Shown: positions 48,961 through 62,144 of the stretch, piece by piece
How the letters are laid out: the number at the start of each line of letters is the position of its first letter
How positions within the stretch are numbered: position 1 is the first letter of the stretch
Assembly: GCA_028534125.1 (NCBI GenBank)
Contig: CM052817.1
Span: 40,364,001-40,428,000 of the forward strand
Direction: 5' to 3'
Origin: Lama glama
Taxonomy: Eukaryota
Length of the DNA stretch: 64,000 bases
The notes under the pieces: generated by a model
The model's database searches: none
The model's input: only the letters and a program-made list of their open reading frames with translations
What the model was told of the DNA's origin: nothing
Program-made: the position numbers and the translations under genes

Positions 48961-51900
48961 TGGCTCGACCCTCTCAGAGCCTCTGTGTCTGCTTCTGGGA
49001 AGGAACCAGCTGGACTGGGTTATCCCGTCCCGCTCGGGCATTTCAGTAAGCCTGTCGGCTCTGTGGACAGAAGCCCCTGCTGGCCCGCAGAGCCCCGGTC
49101 GGGCCTGGCAAGGGGCCCTCTGCACCTCTGGCTCCCTTCCCGTGCCCTCACACCCCATCAGAGGCCAGGCCAGGCTTCATTCTCTCAGCCCATCTCTCTC
49201 CCCATCAGGAGCCGGGATAGATTTGTGCAGGAAAGTGGTTGAAGCTAATGGAGAAGAATGAGCTTTGGGGATTATCTGTGAGGTTCATTTATCCATTTCA
49301 GTCCTGCCCCCAGTTACAGAGGAGACTGAACGCCCAGCTTGCGATCTCTGTGGCTGCTCATGTGAGAAACAAGGAAGGGAAGAAATAAGCTTTATAATCC
49401 TTTTCAAAAAAATTTCCCCATTTTTAGTTCAGGGTGAGTCTAAATCCCCTCCCTCCCCTTCCTCGACGTCAAGGAAGTGCTATAAATGACTTGGAAACTC
49501 CTCTCCCGTTCTCCCAGGAGGCTGGGGAGTCCATCTATGCCCCCACTGCCTCAGGAATGTTCCTGGTTCTAAATTTGCACCATTGGAGGAGTAAGGAAAG
49601 TGCTGGCCCAGGAGTGCCTATAAGGCAAGAAGCCTGTGTCCAGGCAGCTTCTGTGGGCTCCGTGACAGCCTTTTCTCTCCTCTTCCTCTCACCGCACCCT
49701 CCCCCACCACGATGCTTCTGACTGGACACCTGGAAGACCAGTCAGCCGCGCCCTGCCCCGACTTCCTCACAGGATTCAAAAGGAAAAGGCCAGCTGCCAG
49801 CCCCTGAGCTGGTCGGGCTGTGAAGGCTTTGCCCCGAGTCTCCTTCCTCACCTACAGTCACTAGGGAAAAAGGTGACTGTGCCTGTCTGGGTCCCAACAA
49901 CTCTGGATTCACTACATCAGTGTCTCCTCCCCTCCCCTCTTTCCCACCCTTTTGTGTTCCGGAGAGAAATCTCCGAGGTTGCTTTTCTGATAGAAGCACC
50001 AACTGCAGGGCAGAGCCACCGCCCCCTCCCCCATGCCCGTCCCACCCTGCTGGTGGTGGACAAAGCCCCTGGATGGGGTGTGGTTGTGTTCTCCTTACCA
50101 GGTTTCACTTAAGCCTTTGCTCACAGAGTGCAAATTGCAAACCAAGGGAGCTGCAGGTAGACGGTGCTCCTTACCTGAGCTCCATGGCAACACTGTGTTG
50201 CGAGGGTGGGGATGGGAGGAAGGGGACCCCTACTAGCTACACGATGTGATCATTGGTAGAAGATGACCTGGGCTGCTAACTGAGCATCCAGTGTCTCAAA
50301 GCACGAGCATGTGAGCAATGTGGGCCATGGCTCTCCCCTTCTAGCCAATAGGCTCCTCACACCTGAGGTGGAGGGGATGGGAAGACCTACTTCAGTTCCT
50401 TCCTGGCCCCACAGGTCCTGCCCATGAGTGCACGAATGGCTTCTTTAGAGCCAGCTGGGCTCCGTGGACTCCCTTCCCTGGACTAAAAGGCACTTAAGGG
50501 TTCCTGGCATCATAAAGTGCTTGTTCCAGAGATGCCAACCAATGAGCATACCTATTTGCACTGTTCTCTACACCTCCTGCTAAACTGAGCTATTTGTAAC
50601 ACACAGCGTCCACATTCTCAGAGTCAGCTTGCTAGAGTGTGCGTACTCAGTGCCCCACGGCCAACTAACCAAAGCAAAACCTGAAAAATGATCTCCAAGT
50701 GAATATGTGAACCTGGATGGTTTCAAAACACTACTTTAAAAGTGAAGACCTTGATTTTTGCCTCTAGGTGGGAAATTTTTAAGCAATGATACACTGGAGC
50801 CTTTTCCACCACGTTTTTATTCAGTTTGAAGCCAGGGGCTTGGATCCATTTTAAGACACCGAAATGGACAGGCTGTTTTAATGTGGTTTTGTTTAAACAT
50901 TACTTGATTCCTTGGCGCACATTTATACAACCCAAGGATGGTTAGATTGTTACTTTGTTGGGAGACAAACAGCCAAGGAGAAATATGCAAAACCCCTGCT
51001 TCTTCATCCATAATATGTAAAAGGTAGAACAAGTGATCAATTATGTCCCTTCTTAGATCACACTACAGGAATCCAGAACAAGCAAGCTTAGGAAATGCTA
51101 GATTCTGCTTTACCCAAGTATGAGATGTGGCCAAAAGCCATCCTAGCTGTGTATCCCTAGCAAAGAAAGAAAAGGGAAGAGGCTCAAAGACAGAGCATCA
51201 CTCAGAAAACCAACCCTCTGTTTGAAGTTCATGCAAATAATTGGTGGAGATAGTTCTGAGACTGGTTAATATTCATGGAAATAGCTAGTCATTGCCATGG
51301 CTAGCTATTTCTAAACAATCTTGTGTTTTTTGTTTGTTTTTGTTTCTCTTTGTGGTTTTTTTCTTTTTTAAGTTTCCACCTAAGATGGCCTTAAAACAAG
51401 CATTACTGTGTCCAGGAAATTGCAGCATTATACTACTTGGAAACAATAACATGCTTCAGAATAAGGTCACCAACCATCACATGCCGTAGTGATGTGGCTG
51501 CCAAAGTTCCTCATTCCATGTTAGATAGAGGCTGTGTGCATAAGGCTCAGAGATCATTTAAATCTTCCAACCAGCTTGTCCTGGTTAATCTGACTGATAC
51601 AATGTCTTTTGTTGTAACAGTCTGTTGTTTTTCCATTTGCTTTGACTTCAGCGCTGTCACATAAGAAAGAGAAAACAGGACAGCTTGAAGAGGTGTAAAA
51701 ATACAATTACTCTTTAAAAGTATGCAAATTTATCTTTTTTTTTTTTTTTTTGCTAGCCCCTTTTCACTGGCCTTTGCAGCTCTAAACAGCCGAATGCTCC
51801 TGGCTCGTGGATATATAGCACTTCAGGGCCTTAGTTGAGAAGAACACCCTTTTACAATTTCTAGGCCAATGATTGTAGTGCAATTTAAAAATTCTTTTTG

Positions 51901-52215
51901 CATCAAAAAGAAAATCAAATGAAAGCACCATCAGGCTTGAAAGACCACTGGTGGTACCATAGAACCTTAGCAAACCCGTCTGCAAATGACACCTCAAATC
52001 ACTGAAATTTTGCTCAGCGTACCATTTTAGAAAAAATAATGGGCAAAAGAGGAAGAAAAGAAAAAGAGAAAAAATCTTCATTAGAAAGATTTCCACATAG
52101 TTTTGACTACATTTGGCTCAATTGTCTGAATCTATTACAGCTGCAGCTATTAAATGATTAGGCAAAGAATTCAAAATTCCCTCGGCGGCCCCTTTTTTTT
52201 CCAATTTTGTGTACT

Positions 52216-52555
52216 TGTGAAGGGGCAAAACCCACAAAGGGACCAGCAGGACCTCCCAGGTAGGGCCACTGCCTTCCTGCTTTTGTGCTTCTATAAAACA
52301 GCTTGCTTCTAGGAAAACGAAACTTACCCCTAAAATTCTATTGGTTCCCAAAAGCTCACTCCTGATTGGTCCATTTCTAACACCTCATTTGCATATGATG
52401 CAAACTTAAAACCCTATAAGCACCTGTGTAAACCTACAGACGGGGTCCAAAGCTTGGAGTGTTAAGTCCGCTGGGCCTGCTGGCTTAATAAACCTGAGTT
52501 CTCCAACCCTCCAAGTGTCGCTTGGTCTCTCGATGGGATTCATGTTGCTATAACA
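52216..52555 (+). mobile_element. Solo retroviral LTR with recognisable U3-R-U5 signals
   Basis: TG...CA ends. ATTGG at 52340 and 52365, ATTTGCAT at 52387, TATAA at 52415, AATAAA at 52487, ending ...gctataaca. The 5' boundary (52216 or 52218) is uncertain. Confidence 0.7.
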
Positions 52556-52571
52556 CTTATTTCCCATCATT

Positions 52572-52843
52572 TCTATTTTTTAATTGGAGCATAGTCAGTT
52601 TACAATGTTGTGTCAATTTCAGGTATATTGCATAATGTTTCAGTCATATATATATATATATATATAATATATATATATATACACACACACATATCCCTAT
52701 TCATATTCTTTTTCATTATAAGTTACTGTAAGATGCTGATTATGGTTCCCTGTGCTATGCAGTATGGCCTTGTTTATCTGTTTTGTACATGGTAGTTAGT
52801 TTCTGCAAATCTCGAATTCCCAATTTATCCCTTCCTACCCAAC
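52572..52843 (-). mobile_element. 5'-truncated L1 3' end with TA/CA microsatellite
   Basis: tttttaattggagcatagtcagtttacaatgttgtgtcaatttcagg...ttcccaatttatcccttcc. Confidence 0.85.
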
Positions 52844-52946
52844 AATCCCCATTTAAGAGCCATGCAGCCCGGGCCAGTCTTAATTACCTGTGTTTCCCCA
52901 GCCCACAGAACAGCGCCTGAGGTGGGAGGTGCTCAATAAATGTTAC

Positions 52947-52971
52947 TGGATGGATGGATGGATGGATGGAT
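52947..52971. repeat. (TGGA)n at the tail of a short L2 fragment
   Basis: gctcaataaatgttac followed by tggatggatggatggatggatggat. Confidence 0.85.
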
Positions 52972-55234
52972 GCAATGCACTCACTGCAGTGCAGAAAGAA
53001 ACTATTTAGCATTGCTGTGTCTTAAGTTTGGAAGTCACTCCTTCCTTTGCCCTGTTAAATGCGAAACCCCTGGCAGGCAGGTCGAAGTCTGCATTGTGCA
53101 CAGTTGTACCCTAAGCTACCCGCAGAGAGCTTACCGTGTAACAGGACCTCAACATTTTTTTTGTTGAGCTGTCACTCTTTGTGAATACAGGTAGGACCCA
53201 GTGATACAAACTTATAAAAGTAAATAAATTAGAAAACAATTCTTAATTTTACAGAAATATTGAGTACAGGTTTCCTTTCATAAGCAGGTCTTGAAGACAT
53301 GCCTGAACTTGGAAAACTTATTTGAAGCACATATGATGGGGGCATGCAAGATACACTCACATCTGTGAGGACTGTCTAATCACAGAGCCACTCGAGAGTG
53401 TCAGCATTAGAAAGTGTACCTCCCCTCTAAGACGTCACCCACTAAGCCCCAGGGATAAGATTACGCTAAGAAGTGAAACAGGCAAAGACTGTTTTGTGGA
53501 CTGAATTTTGTCCACTCAAATTTACACATTGAAATCCTAACCCCCAGTCCCCCAGAAGGTGCCCATGTTTGGAGATACATGGCCCTCAGAGGGCTGATTA
53601 CGTCTCTCTGCATCTCACACTATAGTCATTCTCCCCAGAGGTGAGGCTGTGATTTCACCCAGAAGGCTGCCTTCCCAAACTAACACCCCAACAGAAAACA
53701 GCACTAGAAAATGTTTTGCCTTTCTTTCTAATAATCAGCAGGAGATTATTTAGCCACCACGAGGGGGAAAACACAAGACTGAGCATGCCTGGGAGATAGA
53801 TGGGTATCATTTCTGACTCTTAAGAAGAAAACAAATTCATGCGGAAAGGAAGAAATCAAACCTTCCCCATCTCCCATCCCATCGCCCAAATATGTCATTT
53901 GGACATTTTTCACAACTGCTTTTCTCAATGTGGTAGAAAAATAAGTGACTTAGTAAGTCCTGAGCCTTCCCTCAAGGATTTGACCCTGGACGTATTAAAT
54001 GAGGGCTGGTAGTGGCAAGAGGTCAGTGTTATAGACAGAAAGACTTACATGCTTTCACTGAAAGTAGGCCAGGCATCATCAAACTATTAAATACATTTTT
54101 TGCCTTTAATAGAAGCTCAAATCAAATGTCTCACTCAATCAAACTAGATTAGGAGAGAAACCATCTGTCAGCTCTGGGTTTGGCTCCAGCAGGGCTGTTT
54201 TGAATACCATTGGCTGAAGCCTGTTTGTATCAATAAAAAATTATCTTAACTGCTAGCTGCCAAAAGTCATTTGCCTATCATTGTCCACTCCTCGGAAGCT
54301 GAAATAATGTTTCCTGTGGCTGTGAGTGTCTGTGAAATAACATCACAAGAGAAATGCCTACAGGCAGCTGGAGAGGGTGAGCTGATAACAGCAAGGAGGC
54401 CTCTGTAGGAAGCGATAAGGGGCCAAGTGCACAAATGGCCACCAGCCACTCTGTGGAGCACCAAGATGAGAAGGCTGGGCCGATCTGGAGGATGTGGGCT
54501 GCACAGACAGGTTTATAAGGAGTCTAGTGAGTGTCACTGATTTCAGATTCTGGTTCCCTTGATGCCTCACACTCAGATGTAAGACCTAGGAAAGCAGCAC
54601 AGGGTGTGCGTGCCCGCGTGTGCTGTGTGCGAGTGAGTACTCTTAATCTCTCTTCCTCCTCTGGCAAGGGGAACTGCTAAGAGGCCAGAGACCGACAGTC
54701 TAGAAGCTGGCCAGTGCCCGGCGGATGCACACAGCTGGGGAGAAGCACAGCAAGGCAACATCTTTCCCAGACTTGCCTTCTCCGAGGCTGGACGATCTCC
54801 CCCTTAGAGACTGCTTCTCCTCTGTGGCTCCCTTAGTACGCCAGATGCACTTGTTGGCTCCCTGCTTAGGGAGGCTGACAGGCAAGCGTTATTTTAGAGA
54901 GCTGGCTGGGAATGGAGAACGGGGAACATCAGAGGAAGGAAGGAGGCGAGTGAGGCCCACGTGTCAGTTCCCCAGGTCCCTCCCTGCGGGGTGGCTGCAG
55001 TCTGGCTGCATCATTCAGCTGACAGTCGCCGTCCTGTCTCTCTGTCCTTGAATACAAGGGGCTAGTGGTGCCCTGCTTCGCCAGCTCTGCTCTGTTACTT
55101 GTGGTTGTGTGACAACCTCCCCACCCCATGCCTTTAGGAGTACTGCTGGACGACAGCCACGGAGTTGTGCCTCTGAACTCTTCTTTCAAGAAAGAACTTG
55201 CTTTTCAGCTGCAAGGCTGCAGCTAACTGCCTTT

Positions 55235-55602
55235 AAACTTTGAGATCTATTGTTATTGTTGTTGTTTTTCTACACTCTTCCCGAACAGCCCCAGCCTGTG
55301 ACGGAGCACGGTGGGTACCAGGGCCTGGCCATTTCTGCCCAACGAGAGGGACTCCACTAACCAGCCATCTTCCCCCAGCCCTCATTGGGTCAGCTAAGAC
55401 TTTGTCAGGTCTGAATGGTGCTCTGAGGCTCCCTTGCCCAATCCTGCCTCCTTTGGGTGTTTTCACGGGTATCAGATTGGCACCAAAGAGCAAAGCCTTT
55501 CCCTGTTCATTCCTGCTTTCCCCACCCTTTTATCTTCCACAGGAGTTACCCCCAGTAAATCAGTTACACCCTAACTGCTTCCTGGAGAATCCAACTAACA
55601 CA
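55235..55602. mobile_element. LTR16-like ERVL LTR
   Basis: ggtgggtaccagggcctggccatttctgcccaac...ctgcttcctggagaatccaactaacaca. A related copy lies on the opposite strand at ~58350-58650. Confidence 0.5.
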
Positions 55603-56166
55603 TGCATTTTTAACACTCTCTTCTATCTGATTGTTCCCCTCTTCCCTCCCAGTCCCCTGGCAGACCCCTTTGGTATTCATGGGATGGCTTTTCACAGGGG
55701 TTCACAAACTGACTGGGAAGGAGAAGCCCCTGGGCCCCTCCAGGGCTGCCCTGCCCTGGACTATGTATGAAGAGAAATGAAACCCTGAGACCCCAGTTCC
55801 TGTCACCTCCAGGCTTCCTCCCCACCCTGGTGCATCCAGGCCTGAGCACAGGATCCTGAGATAGCAGGGGAATCTGGAGAGAAGGGAGAAGCTGCTGGAT
55901 GGGGGGAGCCAGCAGGGACAGTAATAAGTGCAAGTCTCTGGCTTTTCTCAACAGAATCTTGGAAAAGCACATTTAATCCTAATCAATTGGAGGAAAATGT
56001 CCAAAGTCATTGAAGCAGTGAGGCAAAAATTGTACCGGAAAGGTCCAAAGTCTATTCATTAACCCTGGGATACAAACTTGTCACCTCCTGGGAGCTGGGC
56101 TATTTGGGCTTTCCAGGCCCGGTCAGTGCTGTAAAGAAGAGGAAATTAAGAATTGGGGGTTTTCTA

Positions 56167-56251
56167 GGGAGAGGGTATAGCTCAATGGTAGGGTGCATGC
56201 TTAGCATGCATGAGGTCCTGGTGCAATCCCCAGTACCTCTGATATGAAAAA
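56167..56251 (+). mobile_element. Camelid tRNA-derived SINE (short form)
   Basis: gggagagggtatagctcaatggtagggtgcatgcttagcatgcatgaggtcctggtgcaatccccagtacctc. Diverged TSD aagaattgggggttttct / aagaagtgagggttctct. Confidence 0.85.
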
Positions 56252-57644
56252 AAGAAGTGAGGGTTCTCTGCAGGCAGGATGATTCTGAATTGCTTAGGTT
56301 AGGACCTGGGGTGTTGAATGCACTTTGGGGCAATATTTAGGTTGGTAATTTCTAGCCCTATTTTTGCAACACTCCACATATTTTCTAATTCTCTCAAGAT
56401 GGGGTGAGCACACCCAAACCCTAAAGACGAAATTAACTTAGTTATGAAAAGAAAATCCATCCTAAAGAGCCTACATTTTCTAGGGCGAGTCTGACTTCAA
56501 GGATGCTGACCTACTAGCAAAAAATACACTGAAGATCAGACCATCTTCTCTGGGGTTCAGAAAATCTGGTCTTATTGTTCACGCAGCATTTTTAGGAGAG
56601 GAAAAGAGATGAGGAAAAGAAATACAACTGTGATACCCTTGAACTTCAGAAATGCTAGGATTCACTCCCATTGTTTCAGTCGCTGGTTCTTTCACATTAA
56701 TAAATGAAGCCCAGGGGTTCTCCACTAGTGTGTCCTGCCACCGAATCCTTGGATTTGTAACTTTTCCTTTTCTCTTGTGGGGGGAAGGGTGCCCAGGGAA
56801 ATACCAAGTGAGGGACGGAACTTGCTCATCCCCTAGACAGCATGGAGCAAACCTTACTTGTCAGGCACCTGGGCTCCAGGCAGCTTTCTGATCCTGAGGT
56901 TCTTCAGCTGGGATCTTCCCTCCACCTCCACGTGTCACAGGTACCCTACCTGGGTTGGGATCAACATTTGTGACCACCCCTCATTCTGGCTGCTGTGCAC
57001 AAATGTCCCTGAACAGCAGCAGAAATGCAGGACCTCTTCAGGCTCCAGCTCTGGCCACACGGCCCTGCTGCCCTCCAGTCTCCCTTCCCTTCCATGGGTC
57101 CTGGATGTGATCCCACAGGAGACTCAATCAGGGCTTGAAAAACGGGGCAGGCTATCCTCTCTGTGCTTCTATTCTCTGTCTTCCTTGGACATCCCCTCAC
57201 CCCAAGCAACTCTCCACGCTTCCCCTCATCCTCTCCTCTCCTCTTACCTCGCTTTTCTTTCGTGATTCGTTTCCTTGGAATCTTCCCTTCACTTGATAGC
57301 ACTCTCTTGTCCTTTTCAATTATTTTCCAAAACTCCCACTGGAAACCAACTCTTCATGTCAGCACTCCAGCAGAGAAGCTGCTCCTCTCCATCACCCCAC
57401 GTCATTGGGAGCAGGGAGGTAAATAGTCTCCTACTGGCCACCTTCCACTGACATTTCCAGTCCATTACTTCTCCACTCTCGGGCAAAAATCTGCTCTTTT
57501 TATCCTTCTCCTCTAACGTGCATGCGTTCACATAACTGCCACCTCCCTCTTGCAGCCTCCAAGTCATTCCCCTCCTAAGCAAAGCACTTGGCCATCTTGT
57601 TTACACACTTTCTCTCTCTCTCCACCAACTTCCAGGAGAAGTTC

Positions 57645-58065
57645 CTATTGTTATGTTTGTGTGAACAGTGTATCTGTATTAACTAGAATCCATTTGGCTG
57701 TACTTGAAATACCCAAATAAGTAGCTTAAATAAGACAGAGTTCTCTCCTGTAGGCGGATCAGGGAGAGAATGGTGAATCCATGTTATTGGGGACCCCTGT
57801 GTCTTTCTGCTCCACCACCTTAGCCTGGGTTTGCATCCTTAAAGTGGCCTCAGGATTCAAATTTGCTAAGAGAAGAAGAAGGGAAAAGAAATGGCAAATG
57901 GGTGCAACTTCCAGGCATTTGCTCACTTCAAAACTTTCCCTAGGTCCTCCCAATAACTCCCGCCCAATGCTTCTACTTACATGTACTCTTGGCTGCCCCA
58001 ATTGCAAAGAAAGCTGGAATTGCTGTCCTTCAGCTGGTCTCATTGCTGTCTGGAGTAAAATCAGT
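57645..58065. mobile_element. Old MaLR LTR (MLT1J-like) within L2-derived pyrimidine-rich sequence
   Basis: acccaaataagtagcttaaataagacagag...ggctgccccaattgcaaagaaagctggaattgctgtcctt. Confidence 0.5.
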
Positions 58066-59289
58066 AAAAACTAATATCCTTGCCTTGCAGTTCTTGTCCA
58101 ACATCATTGACTTTCACGTCTACTCCACTGCAGCAACCTGTTTCCCGTGACCGGTCTCTGTACTTTGTTAGCCCAAACCCTTCACTTCCTGATCGCGCTT
58201 TAATATCCTACTCTCTGACCCTCACCATCTACCCTTGTGATTCCCGTACTCTCACATCTGTTCTTCCACCACATGACGACATCAAATCAAGCCCCTCAAT
58301 CCTTCCGTTTCCTCTCCGACACACACACACTTACAAAATGTTCTAGCACTTTGGGTATTTGAAGAGCCAGATACAAAGGTGGAATTAGATGTACAAGAGA
58401 TTTATTGAGGGAAATGCCTGTGAAGATAAAAGGGGAAGGAGCAGGAGTGACCAAGGAGAGCTTTTGAACCATGATGCCAGGATGATACCTGTGAAAGGAG
58501 ACAGAGAAGGAGGGACTGAGAAGGAAGGACCTCTGACTGCAGCATAATTCTGAGAAAATCTCGGTCAGGTCATTGGAAAGTCCTTGAGCCAAAATTGTTC
58601 ATTAGAGGTTATCCTGTGTTTGGCAGAAACAGCCCAGATCCAGTGTTGCCCCTGTGTTCAACTTTCTGCCCTTTCGGTCACCCACTCATTTATCCACGTC
58701 CCCAGCAGTTCGTATACTTCTCCTAAAATCCCAGCAGAGGCTCTCTCTGCCTTCCTTCCTGGGTCTTTTATTGCTTGCTTTCTATGTCTTCCAGGTCTTT
58801 GCCTCATTAGTTAGTCCATTTGCTTCTGCTTCTTCAACTCTACCAGCAAGAGGTGACAGCAGGAACATAAAACAGCACAGGGCAAGAGGGAGGTGGTGGT
58901 CAGGAAAATGCAAGGGTTTGGTGGGGCTGGAGCGCAATGTATGAGGTAGGGATCCCTTCACGAAGTAGGCAAGGGCCACTTAGAGAGGGCTGCAGGCTAT
59001 GCCAAATAGCTTGAACTTCATCACATGATAGGCAGGGGGGAGCGACTGAAAGGAGTTAATCAGGAAATGACATGGAAATGTCATTTAAGGAATTAATCAG
59101 GAAATGTCAGATAAGCATTTCATCTGGGTCACTCTGGGAGCAGCATGAAAAGAGAATTTCATAGAGCAGAGACCAGAGCTGGGGCCTGGAGAAGGCCTGT
59201 TAATGGATAATCACAGTTGGCCTGGGAAAGTGAGAATAAATACTATAAGGAAGAGACTCAGAAACAAAAGTGAAGATGTTAAGTTGGCA

Positions 59290-60125
59290 GTAGGATGTGT
59301 TTCAGGTGTCCGAACTCCGCGCTCAGCTTTTACAGAGCTGTCCTTCACTTCCCCTCGGGGAGTGCACCTCAGCATCTCCCAAAGCCACAATCTTATCTCC
59401 CTCCCTCCTAGATCTGTCTTCTCCTGCTTGGGGGTCAAGGTCAACTCCACCCACTCCTGTGCCTCTCGGGTAATTAACCAGGGCTTTACAATTCTACCTC
59501 ATAAAGGTCCCCACCCCCACCCCGAGTGTCCCATCCTCAGATCTGGTGTGCCTGGCCACCGCAGCACACCCCTCAACGGTCCCCTGCTGCCACTCTTTCA
59601 CCCCAGTTCACCCTCCATGTTGCTGTCAGTGACGTGTTTTTCCTCTGATTGCAATCTTTCAATGACTTTCATTTGCTTCAAGAAAAACCCCAAGCCCTTC
59701 AAGATTCTATGTAAGACCTTCTACCATCTGGCTGCAGAAATCTCTTGAGTTTATATCCCAGCCTTCTCTGTCTGCAGTGTTGTGCTCTGGTAATAGGAAA
59801 CCTGTACGCTCCTCGAACACACATGCCGTTTCATGTCTCCATCCTTTTTATACACTTAGCTTTCTCTCTGTAGCATCCCTATCTTCTGCACAAACCTAGC
59901 ACACTCCTATTTATTCTTTAAAACCTGCCGTTGCAGAGTCTCTCTGAAGTCCTTCTCACACTGTGTTCATTTTATCTTGTATTATAACAACTTCTTCCCA
60001 ACTAGTGTGTAGGTGCCATGAAGGCAGGGATCATGAAAGTCTTGTGTCTAACATTTTATCTCCAGGACTTAGTGTAACTCCTGGGACGGAATGATGCTCA
60101 ATAAATATTTATTGAATAAATAAAT
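59290..60125 (+). mobile_element. L2 LINE 3' region
   Basis: Ends ...gaaggcagggatcatg...gctcaataaatatttattgaataaataaat. Confidence 0.7.
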
Positions 60126-61846
60126 ACTTATTTTGTCTCCTCTGGAAAACTCTCTGAGGGCAGAGACTGTGTCATATTCACCTGTGTATTCGCCCCAATA
60201 ACCTGCAGGTATTAGAGCAAAATTGCTGAGCTAGGAAATTTGATCTATTAATTTCTTACTGTTGGGCGTAAAATTTTTTCAAGTTCCTCATTTCACTTAA
60301 TGCTTAGGTATTTAATAAATGTCTGTTTCATTCGTTAGAAATGAACCTTTCGCTCTCTGGTAGCACACACATGTTAATGGCATTGGACAAAGGGAAATGG
60401 AAAGAGGAAGTGACGGATTATCTCCCTAAACCACTTCTCTACCTCTAATGTGTCCACTTTTGGATACTTCATGGGCTTAACCCGATCTTCTCTATCCCAC
60501 GTACACATCCTGCTGCTCTCAGGACTAATTGTAACCAGCAGGATATTACAGAGGCACATGCCATCAGATCGGAGAGTCTCCCTCTTTCATTGGTTGGTTA
60601 TTTTCAGAGTCCAGGGCTTTGGACACCAGCCAAAAGCAGCTGCAGGAACTGGGCACAGATCCAGGCTATGGACAAAGACTGAAGGCAAAAACTCAAAGCA
60701 TCATAGAAGACAAGCAGGACTTCAGGGCTAAGTCATAAACAGGGACCAGAGTACAGTGTCCTCTTCCCCTGAACTCGGAAATTAGGCACAATTTTAAGAA
60801 CAGAACTACGGAAGGTAAGGGTGTAACTGAAAGTTTCCTTTAGCCAAAATATCAAGGTATCACCTCAAGTGAAATTAGGCTGCTGTATATGTAAGTAAAG
60901 TTGCTACAGACACCCTGCAAGGCATTACTATGTTGAAAAGATTTTTTTTAAAGGGGAGGAAAGAGTTAGTTCATCAAAAGGATGGTGAGCCACATAAACC
61001 ATAGGGTCTGCCATGAAGATCCTGTGTTGTCTGCACAGAGTGAGGTTTCTCTGGCCCATGGTTAACCTGTACAGGCCCGGGGGCCAGTGTACCCCAACAA
61101 TAGACAAGGGTGATCAGACTAACAGAGCCTGATGCCCCTGGACACATGGCCTCTGATTCTCTTTGCTCCGACTCATGACCAGCACTCACTCTTCTAATTA
61201 TGATTTGATTTCTCCTATAGGATGAGAACTCACTAGGTATTACAGTCCATGAGTCAGTACATGCCTTTCTCATTGTAATTAATTCCCCAGACTGTTGTAT
61301 TGCTCCTCAGTCTCTTGTGAGTTAGGCTACAGTGAGTCTTTCCTGGAGGATTATCGACACAGTCATCTTTCTGCGCCTACAGAGCTGAGGGGCTGACCTG
61401 AGAAAGGTGATGTCAGAATACCAACTGGAGAGTCCTTTGGTGGGCAGGCACCCAGCCAGCCTTTCCTTGCAACATCCTGCTGTTTCAATGAAGGCCCTTT
61501 CAAGCTGTCATCATAAGGCCAGCTGTGTGGATGGTTGAGTGGTACAAGAAGTGATACACGAGGAAGGGTACAAGAATAGGAAACTGTATGTGTGTGTGTG
61601 TACACATGTGTATCCAGAGAAATGTAACTTCTTAACAATGTGGGGAAATTCATCTAAATCATCAATCTGCTGTGCCACGTGGTCTTTCGTTAAAGTTACA
61701 CTTCTTGTTACAGAGGCTTCCTCAAAGTTAATATTGGATGGATAGACCAATGAATGAATGACCGAGTGAATGAATAAACATCAGGTACCTAATTTTGACA
61801 TTGAACTTAATAGCTCACAGGTATTAGTACAAAGTTGCTAAGCTAG

Positions 61847-62144
61847 TACTGTTGTCTGAATACTTGTGCCCCACTCAAAGTTCATATTTTGAAATCTTGA
61901 CCCCCCCAAAGATGATGGTATTAGGAGGTGGGATCTTTGGAAGGTGCTTAAGTCATGAAGATGGCGTCCTCTTGAATGCGATCCCTCACTGCTTCCACCA
62001 TGCGGTGACACAGAGAGAGGGTGCTGGCTATGAACCAGGGAGAAGACCCATTACCCAACACTGCTGGCACCCTAATCTCGGACATCCAGCCTCCTGGTGT
62101 TTATAAGCCACTGTTTGTGACAGCAGCCCAAATGGACTCAGACA
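61847..62144. mobile_element. MaLR solo LTR (MLT1A-like, internally deleted)
   Basis: tgtctgaatacttgtgccccactcaaagttcatattttgaaatc...gatggtattaggaggtggg...gcagcccaaatggactcagaca. Confidence 0.75.

Noticed and set aside
55240..55770. 176-aa ORF (and the 181-aa ORF at 59203-59748)
   Set aside because: They overlap LTR16-like and L2 remnants and resemble no protein family I recognise.
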